The notes beneath the pieces are model-generated. The model had not been told where the DNA came from. It searched no databases and saw only the letters and a list, made by a program, of their open reading frames with translations. DNA of 64,000 nt from IMG/VR virus record IMGVR_UViG_3300033141_000684, one strand, 5' to 3'. Position 1 is the first letter of the stretch, and each line of letters starts with the position of its first letter. A program made the position numbers and the translations under genes. This DNA is from an uncultured virus (IMG/VR IMGVR_UViG_3300033141_000684). Lineage: Duplodnaviria > Heunggongvirae > Uroviricota > Caudoviricetes. Shown here in pieces: positions 47,668 to 56,033 of the stretch.

Positions 47668-48609
47668 ATGCGAATTTTATTGACAATACTCGCCATTCTG
47701 GCGACGACGACCGCCTACGCTGGCGGCAACAACAACACCGGCGGCAATAGCTGCCAAGGCAATTGCCCGCAGTCGAACGGCGGCGGCGGCCCGATCGAGA
47801 TCACCAACACCAACACCAACACCAACACCAACACGGCGAACGCAAGCGCCGGGGCTGTCGCTGGTGCTTCTGCGGTCTCTGGCTCTCAGTCTATCGCGGG
47901 CGGCGGCGATGCCGTAGCGGTCGGCCAGGGCGGCAACTCGAACGCGATCAACGGCGGCAACACCGTGCAGGTCGCAGGCGGCGACACTCTGCTCGATGCT
48001 GGCGACGTGCTGGTCGACGGCGGCGACACTCACGTCAACGTCGACGGCGCTGATCTGAACGTCGAAGGCTCGCAGATGTCTGTCGGCTCTACCCTGGTCG
48101 ACGCGAGCAGCTCGTACCGCGTCCCAGCGCACGCAGACGCCGGTCTCGCGATGTCTATGCTGCAGGGCTGCTATGGTATCGGCGGGGCCGATGCACGCGG
48201 CAGCGGCTCTCAGAGCGCCGGGGGCTTGACGTTGAACCTCTTCAAGCTGACGAACGACCGCTGCGTGCTGAACGCGAAGGCGCTCGAAGCTCAGGCGAAC
48301 GGCAACCTCAAGGGCTACGTGACCATGACATGCGCCGACCGGGCCGTCTGGAAAGGCTACCGCGACGTCACCGCTGCACTCGAAGAGCGCAAGGTCGACA
48401 AGGGCGAAGCGATCCGCATCTGCGTCGCCGAGATGACCGAGACCGCTCTGATCATGTCGAAGCGCGTCACGAACATCGAGGCGAAAATGATCGAGATACT
48501 GGAAGGCGAAGGCTACGATGACGAAGAGATTCGTCGCCGGCTGCGCACTCTCGAAGACGTGGCGCACTTGCCGAACAAGGGCTTCTTGCTCAAAGATCAC
48601 TCGCACTGA
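47668..48609 (+). CDS. Exported Gly/Asn-rich protein
   Basis: AAGGAG RBS; signal peptide ending AYA; (TN)n and VxGGDT repeats; Cys-containing C-terminal part. Confidence 0.7.
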   Translation: MRILLTILAILATTTAYAGGNNNTGGNSCQGNCPQSNGGGGPIEITNTNTNTNTNTANASAGAVAGASAVSGSQSIAGGGDAVAVGQGGNSNAINGGNTVQVAGGDTLLDAGDVLVDGGDTHVNVDGADLNVEGSQMSVGSTLVDASSSYRVPAHADAGLAMSMLQGCYGIGGADARGSGSQSAGGLTLNLFKLTNDRCVLNAKALEAQANGNLKGYVTMTCADRAVWKGYRDVTAALEERKVDKGEAIRICVAEMTETALIMSKRVTNIEAKMIEILEGEGYDDEEIRRRLRTLEDVAHLPNKGFLLKDHSH

Positions 48610-48633
48610 CCTGCAGCAAATTTGCTACACCCT

Positions 48634-48658
48634 AAGCCGGCCTTGCGCCGGCTTTTTT
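48634..48658 (+). terminator. Rho-independent terminator
   Basis: aagccggc-cttgc-gccggctt-tttt. Confidence 0.85.
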
Positions 48659-48674
48659 GTGCGCGTGATTTATT

Positions 48675-48725
48675 TCACATTTTTTTACAATAAGGCATTG
48701 ACGCGTTATGCTGAGTCCGTATAAT
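48675..48725 (+). promoter_or_regulatory. Promoter cassette copy 12
   Basis: TCACATTTTTTTACAATAAGGCA-TTGACG-16-TATAAT. Confidence 0.88.
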
Positions 48726-48760
48726 GAGCACCATACACAACGACAAAAGAGCAGGAAAAA

Positions 48761-48925
48761 ATGAACAACGCACAAATCGAACTGAAGACTGAACTCGAAA
48801 AAATCCCCGGTATCGTGACTGATCTCGATCACTGGGCCGAGATGGGAGTCTTTACCGTGGCCGACCTCGACGCCTACTTCGACGACGAGATCGAGAAAGA
48901 AGAACGCAAGGCGCGCTACTCGTAA
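48761..48925 (+). CDS. 54-aa acidic protein
   Basis: GCAGGAAA RBS; MNNAQIELK...; not in the ORF track. Confidence 0.65.
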   Translation: MNNAQIELKTELEKIPGIVTDLDHWAEMGVFTVADLDAYFDDEIEKEERKARYS

Positions 48926-48946
48926 GCGCGCAAGGGAGTATCAATC

Positions 48947-50197
48947 ATGTATTTCGCAACTCACAAATTGCCGACCGAAAATCTGCCGAAGCTGCACAAG
49001 CAGGTCAAGCAGCTCAACAACAAGGCCGCGAAGGCTCGGGTCACCTCGGGCAGCCTCAAAATCACCGTACTGCACGAAGTCATCCAGTGCGTCGGTCGAG
49101 ACGAGAAAGGCCGCGAAGTCTTTCGCTCTTTCACCTGGGTCACCTTTCTGAGCAACGCTGACTTCGTTCTCGAAGGCTACAAGTTCGTCGCTCGCTACGA
49201 CTTCGAGCGCGACGTCGAAGGCAACCCGGTCTGCCATCTGCACGCTATGCCTGGCGCTGACGTGCCGGCCGAGTTCAAAGAGACCGACGGGCACTGCGAT
49301 CACTGTAACGCTCGCCGCTATCGCAAGAACACCTTTCTCGTGCTGAACACCGAGACGGGCGAGTACAAGCTCTTCGGCCGCCAGTGCTTGAAGGACATCT
49401 TCACGGTCAGCGTCGCGCAGATCGCGAACCTCTTCGAGTTCGTCCGCAACCCTGGCTCGATTGCCGGCTATGACGAAGACATGCCTCACGGCGTTCGTCT
49501 CCCGCACTACGACCCGAACGACAAAGTGCTCGGCTGGGCGGTCAGCGTGTTCAACAAGAAGGGCTTCGTCTCTAAGCGCGTCGCCGACGAGCAAGATCGT
49601 CAGAGCACGGCCGAACTCGTGAGGTGGCTCATGCAAGACCAGACTCGTATGAGCAACCAAGAGCGCCAGGCGCACCAAGAAGCTCGCAAGGAGTTCTTTC
49701 CTACCGAAGCTGATCGGGCTGACGTTGAGCTGCTCAAGGGCTTGATCGCCGACGCTGAGGCTGACAACGACTACATCGAGAAGTTGCAGAAGGTCAACGC
49801 ACAAGGTCACTGCAGCTCTGCGAACTTCAACTTGTTCGTCAGCGCGGTCACTCTGCTCAAGAAGCACCGGGTCACCGAAGAGCGTGCCGAGGCCGTCAAG
49901 AACGTGCCCGACGTTGTCGAAGGCCGTCAAGAGATCACCGGCGAGATCGTGAGCTTCAGGGCTGAGCCTGGGTATGGCTACTACGACCCCGACGTGATCA
50001 AGGTCTTGATTCGTGACGACGAAGGTCGCAAATACTGGGGCACCTACCCGGCAGCTCTGGGCACGCCGACCGAAGGCGATCGTGTCACCCTGACGGCAAC
50101 CGTCAGCCAGGGCCGAGACGACAGCAAATTCGGAATTTTCAAGCGACCGGCGAAGGCGTCGGTCGTGTCTTCAGTCAACGAGAGGGCCGCAGCATGA
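48947..50197 (+). CDS. Phage protein with Zn site and C-terminal OB-fold-like domain
   Basis: CDHC..RRYRK, GRQCL; C-terminal GDRVTLTATV...FKRP. Confidence 0.7.
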   Translation: MYFATHKLPTENLPKLHKQVKQLNNKAAKARVTSGSLKITVLHEVIQCVGRDEKGREVFRSFTWVTFLSNADFVLEGYKFVARYDFERDVEGNPVCHLHAMPGADVPAEFKETDGHCDHCNARRYRKNTFLVLNTETGEYKLFGRQCLKDIFTVSVAQIANLFEFVRNPGSIAGYDEDMPHGVRLPHYDPNDKVLGWAVSVFNKKGFVSKRVADEQDRQSTAELVRWLMQDQTRMSNQERQAHQEARKEFFPTEADRADVELLKGLIADAEADNDYIEKLQKVNAQGHCSSANFNLFVSAVTLLKKHRVTEERAEAVKNVPDVVEGRQEITGEIVSFRAEPGYGYYDPDVIKVLIRDDEGRKYWGTYPAALGTPTEGDRVTLTATVSQGRDDSKFGIFKRPAKASVVSSVNERAAA

Positions 50198-50466
50198 ACA
50201 TCAACATGACGCACTTGCAAAAACTGAGAGTTACAGGCAGCAACGGAATCAGCAAGCTCGACGACGGCGACATCGAGGTCGCCTTCTACGACTACATCGA
50301 AGAGCCCGACATGATGGGGCCAGACGACAAGGGGCGGCTCTTGTTCCGCGAGATCTTCGCCCGCTGGCAGCGCGCCCAACGTGGCACGCCGGTCAGCGAC
50401 GAGATCACCGAGAAAGCCTACAAGTACGACGAGCTGCAGCGCGTTCTGAGCGAGGTGCTGTCGTGA
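50194..50466 (+). CDS. Hypothetical protein
   Basis: ATGA coupling. Confidence 0.6.
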   Translation: MNINMTHLQKLRVTGSNGISKLDDGDIEVAFYDYIEEPDMMGPDDKGRLLFREIFARWQRAQRGTPVSDEITEKAYKYDELQRVLSEVLS

Positions 50467-50753
50467 GCGCGATCAGATCAACCGTTACCAACGCCGCCGG
50501 CTTCGCTGGCTACAAGAAGGGTGACGTCATAAAGGTCGACACCGATCGGCAATACTTCGTCGGGGCCGACGGCGGCACCGGCTGGGCCTGGCTGCAGACG
50601 AGCGGGCTCTACAAGATCACAAGCGCAACACCGACGACGCTCGACGTCGTCGAGTACCGCAACGACCGTCAAGTCTTGTTGTGGATGAGGGCTGTCTTGC
50701 TCGCCAAGTTTGGCACGCTGGCGAACCTGGCGCTGCTGCTCGCGTGGCTTTGA
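50463..50753 (+). CDS. Hypothetical protein with hydrophobic C-terminus
   Basis: GTGA coupling. Confidence 0.55.
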   Translation: MSAIRSTVTNAAGFAGYKKGDVIKVDTDRQYFVGADGGTGWAWLQTSGLYKITSATPTTLDVVEYRNDRQVLLWMRAVLLAKFGTLANLALLLAWL

Positions 50754-50810
50754 AGGCTGCACGAGCGGCCCTTGAGTCGGGCGATTGTACCGGGCGGCGC
50801 TTGCGTCGCT

Positions 50811-51833
50811 CTACGGGCCTCTCAGGGCGTCTGACGAGGTGTCGGTCTTGTCAGTCTTGTTGATCATTCTCTGACGGCCTTCGATCTGGCCCATAATCCG
50901 CTTCAGCGCCGAGCCGACCTCGATCTTGCCGTGGTCGTTTTCGGTCGCTCGCAGGGCCCCCCTGATCAGCCGGCGCAGATCATTCGACGATATCTCAATC
51001 TTCACGAAGCGCGCCGCGCTATCTCTGCAAGCAGCTCTTCAGTCGTGGCTGAGCCGATCGCTGCCGCTTTGGCGTCGGCCGGCTTCATGAGACCCCGCTC
51101 GCGCATGTCGATCACGTCTTGCTTGAGCTGGTTGCGCTGAGCGACGACCTGATCGTGACGCTCTTGCCAGGTCACCTCGGCCTGCTCTCGCTCTTCAAGC
51201 TCTCGATGACACTTGCGCAGCTCGTTGTGGCCATTGAGCAGGGCGGTCACCGCAGCGGCCAGACCTTGCGGATATTCGCCGTCCATCTCTTGACCGCAAA
51301 GGCTGCAATTAGTTGTTACTCTGCAGGGCATAATCTCTCACCTTATGATTTTGTGATCTTCAGATAGAGCGCCGGGTTGTCGACCTGAAAAGGCGACAAG
51401 TAGGCGTTCATGTTTGTCTCGTTGATGTCGATCGCCGGCAGCGTGTTGACCGGGTTATTGAGTAGAGCGATCACCTGGGCACCGAGGTCGCGCAGAAACT
51501 CGTCAGACGGCCGCACGCAGGCGTAGCCGTTGAGGTGAATCTTCCCATGCGCTAGGGCGTGCATCACCGCATATTGAAGCTGGGCTTGCGTGACGGGGCG
51601 ACGCAGGTCGAAGTCGTAGTCGGTCTCTATGTCTATAGTCAAAATGGTATATCCCTGATGAACATCTCGCAGCCGGTCGCGAGCACGCTGGTCGGTATCG
51701 GCTGGTCGTTCGCCGCCTGGCAGACCGGGCCGCTGTCGTCGCCGGCCAGATGCTCGCAGTTAAAGCAAGCCGGCGTGCTGAGCTGGGCGTCGATCGCGTC
51801 TCTGATTTTTATGAGCAGTTCGCGGTCAGTCAT
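50811..51833 (-). CDS. Four small hypothetical genes (50811-51005, 51002-51331, 51343-51642, 51639-51833)
   Basis: Coupled small ORFs at the end of the leftward operon; two have Cys motifs. Confidence 0.55.
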
Positions 51834-52119
51834 CGGCGTGCTCGTCGTGGTATTTAATGACGTGCTTGCGCACCGCTTCGATCATCTCTTCGCTCACTGG
51901 CAGCTCGCGCAGGGCGTGCATCACCGTTGTATGGTGTCGGTTCACGAAGTAACCGATCGACGGCAGCGAAAGCTCTTGATCACGCAAGAGCCTCATGGCA
52001 AGCCAGCGGGGCGTGACCAGCATCGTCGACCGTGACTTGCCGAGCACTTGCTTCTCAGGCACTCGAAAATAATCGCATACGCCTGCAATGATCAGGCTCG
52101 GGTCTTGTGGTCTCATCAT
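51826..52119 (-). CDS. Stand-alone DnaA domain IV-like HTH protein
   Basis: GKSR...VTPRWLAMRL...LSLPSIG..VNRHHTTVMHA matches the DnaA C-terminal signature (RDHTTV). Confidence 0.85.
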   Translation of the reverse strand: MMRPQDPSLIIAGVCDYFRVPEKQVLGKSRSTMLVTPRWLAMRLLRDQELSLPSIGYFVNRHHTTVMHALRELPVSEEMIEAVRKHVIKYHDEHADD

Positions 52120-53828
52120 TAGAACGGTATCTCGTCTTCGCCGATGCTATCCCAGTCAGGCAGGATAGGCTCGGGCGGTTTTACAGGTTCGAACGCGAAG
52201 TCGTACTTCACGATCCGATCATACTTGCCCTCTTTCCTGACCATGATGCGGCCGGGCTTTTTGAGGTACTCCCGGCCGAGCAAGACGTGCTCAGTCGTGG
52301 ATTCTGCCGACGTCGCCGGGTCGATGCCTCGATCGGTCAGCCAGCGGGTCGCCTTCGTCTTCGCATAGCCTTCATGATCAGGGCAGACCCATTCGTCGAA
52401 GAACTGCAGGCCGCAGCGGTAGGTCACCTTGACCGAGTCAGGCTTGCCGAGCTTCTCGTGCCGGCGGTAGGTCACCTCGTTCACCTCGAACCATTCAGGC
52501 TGAGCCAGTGTCGAGATGATCGCTTGCGTGCTTGCCGTCTCTTCGTGCTTGGGCGGCCAGACATACTGACAATGTGGGCAGATGCGCGCATTGACTGCAA
52601 CGATCGCATGGCAGTCTGGGCACTCTTTCGTCGGGGCCGTGCCGGCGAGTTCGACCTCGCCTGCAACGCCGCCGAGCTTGTCGATAATGTTGATCGTGTC
52701 GACCGGGCCGTGCCGGTTCACATTGCCGGCGAAGTCGAGCACGAGGCAGTCTTGCTTGCCGTTCTCTGGGTTGAGCCGCATGCCTCGGCCGCACATCTGA
52801 ATATAGAGCGCCGCCGACTGAGTCGGTCTCAAGAAAGCGATCAGGTCGCAGATCGGCGCATCGAAGCCGGTCGTCAAGATGTCGCAGTTCGTGAGGCACT
52901 TGATCCTGCCGGCCTTGAACTCTGAGATGATATGCTCGCGCTCATCTTTGGGCGTCTCGCCGTGAAGGCATTCAGAGACGACGCCGTGCCGCGAGCGCAT
53001 GAAGTCAGCGACGTCTTGCGCGTACTCGACGCCAGGGCAGAACACGAGCCAGGCGTTGCGGTCTTGGCCGTACTCGACGATCTCGGCGCAGGCTGCCACC
53101 TTCACGCGGGTCGCCTCGTCGACCATGTCGGACGTCTTGAAGTCGCCGCGCACCGTCTTCATGCCGTCGGTATTCATTCTCTCGACGCCGGCCTTCGAGA
53201 TCAGGGGCACGAGATGGCCTTCGTCGATCAGCCTGGTGATCGGCAGGTTGTAGGCGATGTCAGTGAAGAGCGCGTCGTCGCCAGTATGCAAAAAGCCAGA
53301 GTCGAGCCTGAACGGCGTCGCGCTGAAGCCGATGACCTTGACCTTGTCGTTGATGGTCATCATGTCATCGAGAAAGCGCCGATACATCGTGTCGTTCTTG
53401 GCGGGCACGAGATGCGCTTCGTCGATCGTGATCAGGTCGAACCGGCCGAGCTGGTCGGCCTTGTTGTGCACCGATTGAATGCCGGCGAAGATCATCGGGT
53501 TGAATCGGTCGCGGCGCTTCATGCCGGCGCTGTTGATGCCGATGTCAATCTGCGGGCTGAGCCGCGACATAGTCACCGAGTTCTGCTCTATCAGCTCTTT
53601 GACGTGCGTTAGTGACAGTATGCGCTGGCCCGGCCAGCCGAGAATGACGTCGCTGCAAAAGCTCGCGTGAATGACAGACTTGCCGCCGCCGGTCGGGACA
53701 ACAGCCAGCGGGTGACCGTTGTGCGAAGAGAAGTAATTGAAGAGCGCGTTCTTGCACTCTGATTGATAACCTCGAAGCTGCACTAGGTCATCGCCCTCAA
53801 CTGGTTGGTGAGTTTCGTTCTGAGGCAC
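52119..53828 (-). CDS. SF2 DEAD/DEAH helicase with C-terminal Zn finger (RadD/YejH-like)
   Basis: PTGGGKS, DEAH, SATP, TTGFD, QMCGRGMR, CPDC/CPHC. Confidence 0.93.
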   Translation of the reverse strand: MPQNETHQPVEGDDLVQLRGYQSECKNALFNYFSSHNGHPLAVVPTGGGKSVIHASFCSDVILGWPGQRILSLTHVKELIEQNSVTMSRLSPQIDIGINSAGMKRRDRFNPMIFAGIQSVHNKADQLGRFDLITIDEAHLVPAKNDTMYRRFLDDMMTINDKVKVIGFSATPFRLDSGFLHTGDDALFTDIAYNLPITRLIDEGHLVPLISKAGVERMNTDGMKTVRGDFKTSDMVDEATRVKVAACAEIVEYGQDRNAWLVFCPGVEYAQDVADFMRSRHGVVSECLHGETPKDEREHIISEFKAGRIKCLTNCDILTTGFDAPICDLIAFLRPTQSAALYIQMCGRGMRLNPENGKQDCLVLDFAGNVNRHGPVDTINIIDKLGGVAGEVELAGTAPTKECPDCHAIVAVNARICPHCQYVWPPKHEETASTQAIISTLAQPEWFEVNEVTYRRHEKLGKPDSVKVTYRCGLQFFDEWVCPDHEGYAKTKATRWLTDRGIDPATSAESTTEHVLLGREYLKKPGRIMVRKEGKYDRIVKYDFAFEPVKPPEPILPDWDSIGEDEIPF

Positions 53829-54103
53829 TTCGCTGCAGACGTGGCTGCGGCGAGCTGCGACTCTAAACTCTCAAGGTAGCCGTGCCGCTGTAACAACATT
53901 TCAGCCGCGAGAACGTGCTCGACCTTGATGGCGTGCGGATTCTCAAGCCGGTATCTGATCGCCTGGGTTGAGATTCCGAGGGCGCGAGCGACCTCGATGA
54001 ATCTGGCGTTGTTGGCTCTCGGGTGCGTCTTCGGCAAAGTGTCGGCCAAGCTCTCGACGAGCGTCGCGTACCGATTGCTCAAAGCAATCTGGCTATTTTC
54101 CAT
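53783..54103 (-). CDS. HTH DNA-binding protein
   Basis: EVARALGISTQAIRYRL. Confidence 0.7.
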   Translation of the reverse strand: MENSQIALSNRYATLVESLADTLPKTHPRANNARFIEVARALGISTQAIRYRLENPHAIKVEHVLAAEMLLQRHGYLESLESQLAAATSAAKCLRTKLTNQLRAMT

Positions 54104-54302
54104 GTCTAACGATCCTGAGATGCTTGCGGCCGGCCCCGAAGTCTAGCACTCCATAGCCGTCTGGTATAGCTTGAACGCAGCCGCCTTTCTCAAGAAAGGC
54201 TTGAACGTCTGCCGCGATCTTGTCTCTGACTCGCTGCTTGTTCTCGACCGGGTCTTCTGCCGCGTCTTGCGCGTGCTTGATCGGGCCGCTTGTCGTTGTC
54301 AT
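54093..54302 (-). CDS. SutA-like RNA-polymerase-binding protein
   Basis: VENKQRVRDKIAADVQAFLEKGGCVQAI resembles the SutA core helix and FL..GG.VQ.I motif. Confidence 0.65.
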   Translation of the reverse strand: MTTTSGPIKHAQDAAEDPVENKQRVRDKIAADVQAFLEKGGCVQAIPDGYGVLDFGAGRKHLRIVRHGK

Positions 54303-54331
54303 GGGCGCGAGCCCTTTGCCGAATCTACTGC

Positions 54332-55396
54332 TCATTCTGTTACCTCGTGGGTCTCGATTAGTGTGCCGTTGAACTCTTGCTTCAGCGTGTCGACGACCTC
54401 GTCGCCGATCATGTTCTTCGCGTCTGCCTTGTATATCTCGACCGAGCTGTATCCGGTCGGGCCGTTCTTAAATACCTTGCCGGTGATCTTGTTCGTGTAG
54501 ACGACGTCGTCGTCGATCGCGTCGATCGGCTCTGCCCACGTCTCAAGCATCTGGGGCAAGTAGGCGTGCGAGGCGCAGCCGTTCATCTGCTGATTCTTGT
54601 CGAGCTGCAGGTTGTACTTCTCGCAGAGCCAGGTCGCCTCACCGTCGGGCGCTGCAGTCGCATGCACGCATGACCTGCAGGTCGGGACGGGTGCGGCTTT
54701 AGAATGGCAGGTCGCGCTATGGTCGCAGAAGTTACACTGCCACCATGCCGGGTCGTCAGAGATGCGCGCCGGCGGTTCGACTGACTCGATGATCGTGCGC
54801 GCTCGCTCCATGATCTGCACGAACTCTTTCTTGTTGAATTTGACGCGCTCAATGTAGAGGTCGTCGTCATTCTTGTTGACGGCCATATAGAGCGCCCGGT
54901 CGATTGAGCTGAGGCCCATATAAACCTGCATCTGCGCATAGTGCTCGGGCTTCGACTGCTCGACGCCATCCTTCACGAGTGACTTGAAGCTCTTATCGTT
55001 GTGCGTCTTCATCTCGATAATGTGCGGGCTCTTCGGGGCTTCGGGCACGCCTTCGGTCGCGATGCCGTCACCGCTGCCGCCGAAGTGACCGCCGTGCGCT
55101 GACCATTGCCATTGTTCGCTGGTGCGCGGGTCGATCTCAACGACCTCGACGCCGATGCGCTTCAACTCTTCAACGAAGACCGCCTCTTCTCGCTGGCCTC
55201 GATTGAACAGGCGCAGCACGCGACCGGGAAAGTTCGCGACCGTCGACCATCTGAACGAATACCAGATTGAGCGCGTGCACGGCCGGCCGATGATCGACGC
55301 GCCGAGGTGCTCTCTGAATCCGTTGCCGGCCCGGTCTTCCCAGCTCTTGAAGATCAGGTTGCGCGTGTTGTGCGTTGGCTCGGGCATTACCGCCAT
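54332..55396 (-). CDS. Cas4-like PD-(D/E)XK exonuclease
   Basis: GASIIG.PC.R, GSGDG, EMKT, QMQVYM, CNFC...C Fe-S-type cysteines. Confidence 0.88.
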   Translation of the reverse strand: MAVMPEPTHNTRNLIFKSWEDRAGNGFREHLGASIIGRPCTRSIWYSFRWSTVANFPGRVLRLFNRGQREEAVFVEELKRIGVEVVEIDPRTSEQWQWSAHGGHFGGSGDGIATEGVPEAPKSPHIIEMKTHNDKSFKSLVKDGVEQSKPEHYAQMQVYMGLSSIDRALYMAVNKNDDDLYIERVKFNKKEFVQIMERARTIIESVEPPARISDDPAWWQCNFCDHSATCHSKAAPVPTCRSCVHATAAPDGEATWLCEKYNLQLDKNQQMNGCASHAYLPQMLETWAEPIDAIDDDVVYTNKITGKVFKNGPTGYSSVEIYKADAKNMIGDEVVDTLKQEFNGTLIETHEVTE

Positions 55397-55427
55397 TCGT
55401 TTAACCTCATAAATTCAAACACGTCGC

Positions 55428-56033
55428 TCATGCCGCTCTTCTGCCGAGTATGTTGTGCTCCGGGTCGAAGACGTCGATCAATAGGTATTCTAACTGCGTG
55501 AGCTGCCTGTCAGCGAGGCTCGCGCCGTCGACATACAAGACCCCATCGAAGCATTTGTCTTTAATGTGTTGCCCTGATCTCTGTAATGCGCTCACTCGGC
55601 TTTGACCAATATAGACGACAGTCTCTTCGAGCATGAGCAGGTATATGCCCCTGCCGATGACGGGCGAGCGCGAGAATCTTATCTCTGAGATCGGCCCGCC
55701 TATATCGTAAGGAAAAAACTGATCGCCGTATAACTCGCAGTCTGCTGCGATTGAGACCATTCTGATCTCGGCCTTGATCTGGTCGGCAACGATCTTTCTC
55801 TCGCAATCTTCAGAGCAAGCGAAACGGGCGCTCGACGACGGCGGGCCGTCGTCGTCACTCTCATACTCTCGCAAGTCGCAGGGCGACCACGTCACGAGCG
55901 AAAGCTCGGGCGGATATGGCGCATATAATCTTGACGGGAAAGTTCGCCAACATCCACAACAATGGAGGTCATCGCGAGGGCCGAACTTTTTCGCGGCGCG
56001 ACTACCTTGAAGAACTGCTGGAAGTTTTGCCAT
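55428..56033 (-). CDS. GIY-YIG domain protein
   Basis: GIYLL....VVYIGQS...R..QH...E..LI...P.HN; TGATG coupling to the upstream gene. Confidence 0.7.
   Translation of the reverse strand: MAKLPAVLQGSRAAKKFGPRDDLHCCGCWRTFPSRLYAPYPPELSLVTWSPCDLREYESDDDGPPSSSARFACSEDCERKIVADQIKAEIRMVSIAADCELYGDQFFPYDIGGPISEIRFSRSPVIGRGIYLLMLEETVVYIGQSRVSALQRSGQHIKDKCFDGVLYVDGASLADRQLTQLEYLLIDVFDPEHNILGRRAA

Noticed and set aside
34908..49930. Long antisense ORFs (34908-35738, 37185-38123, 47677-48606, 48941-49930)
   Set aside because: Shadow frames of well-supported genes, caused by GC-rich codon bias; no RBS or motifs.
54332..55396. CRISPR-Cas locus based on the Cas4-like gene
   Set aside because: No cas1/cas2 or array; solo Cas4-like nucleases are common in phage recombination modules.
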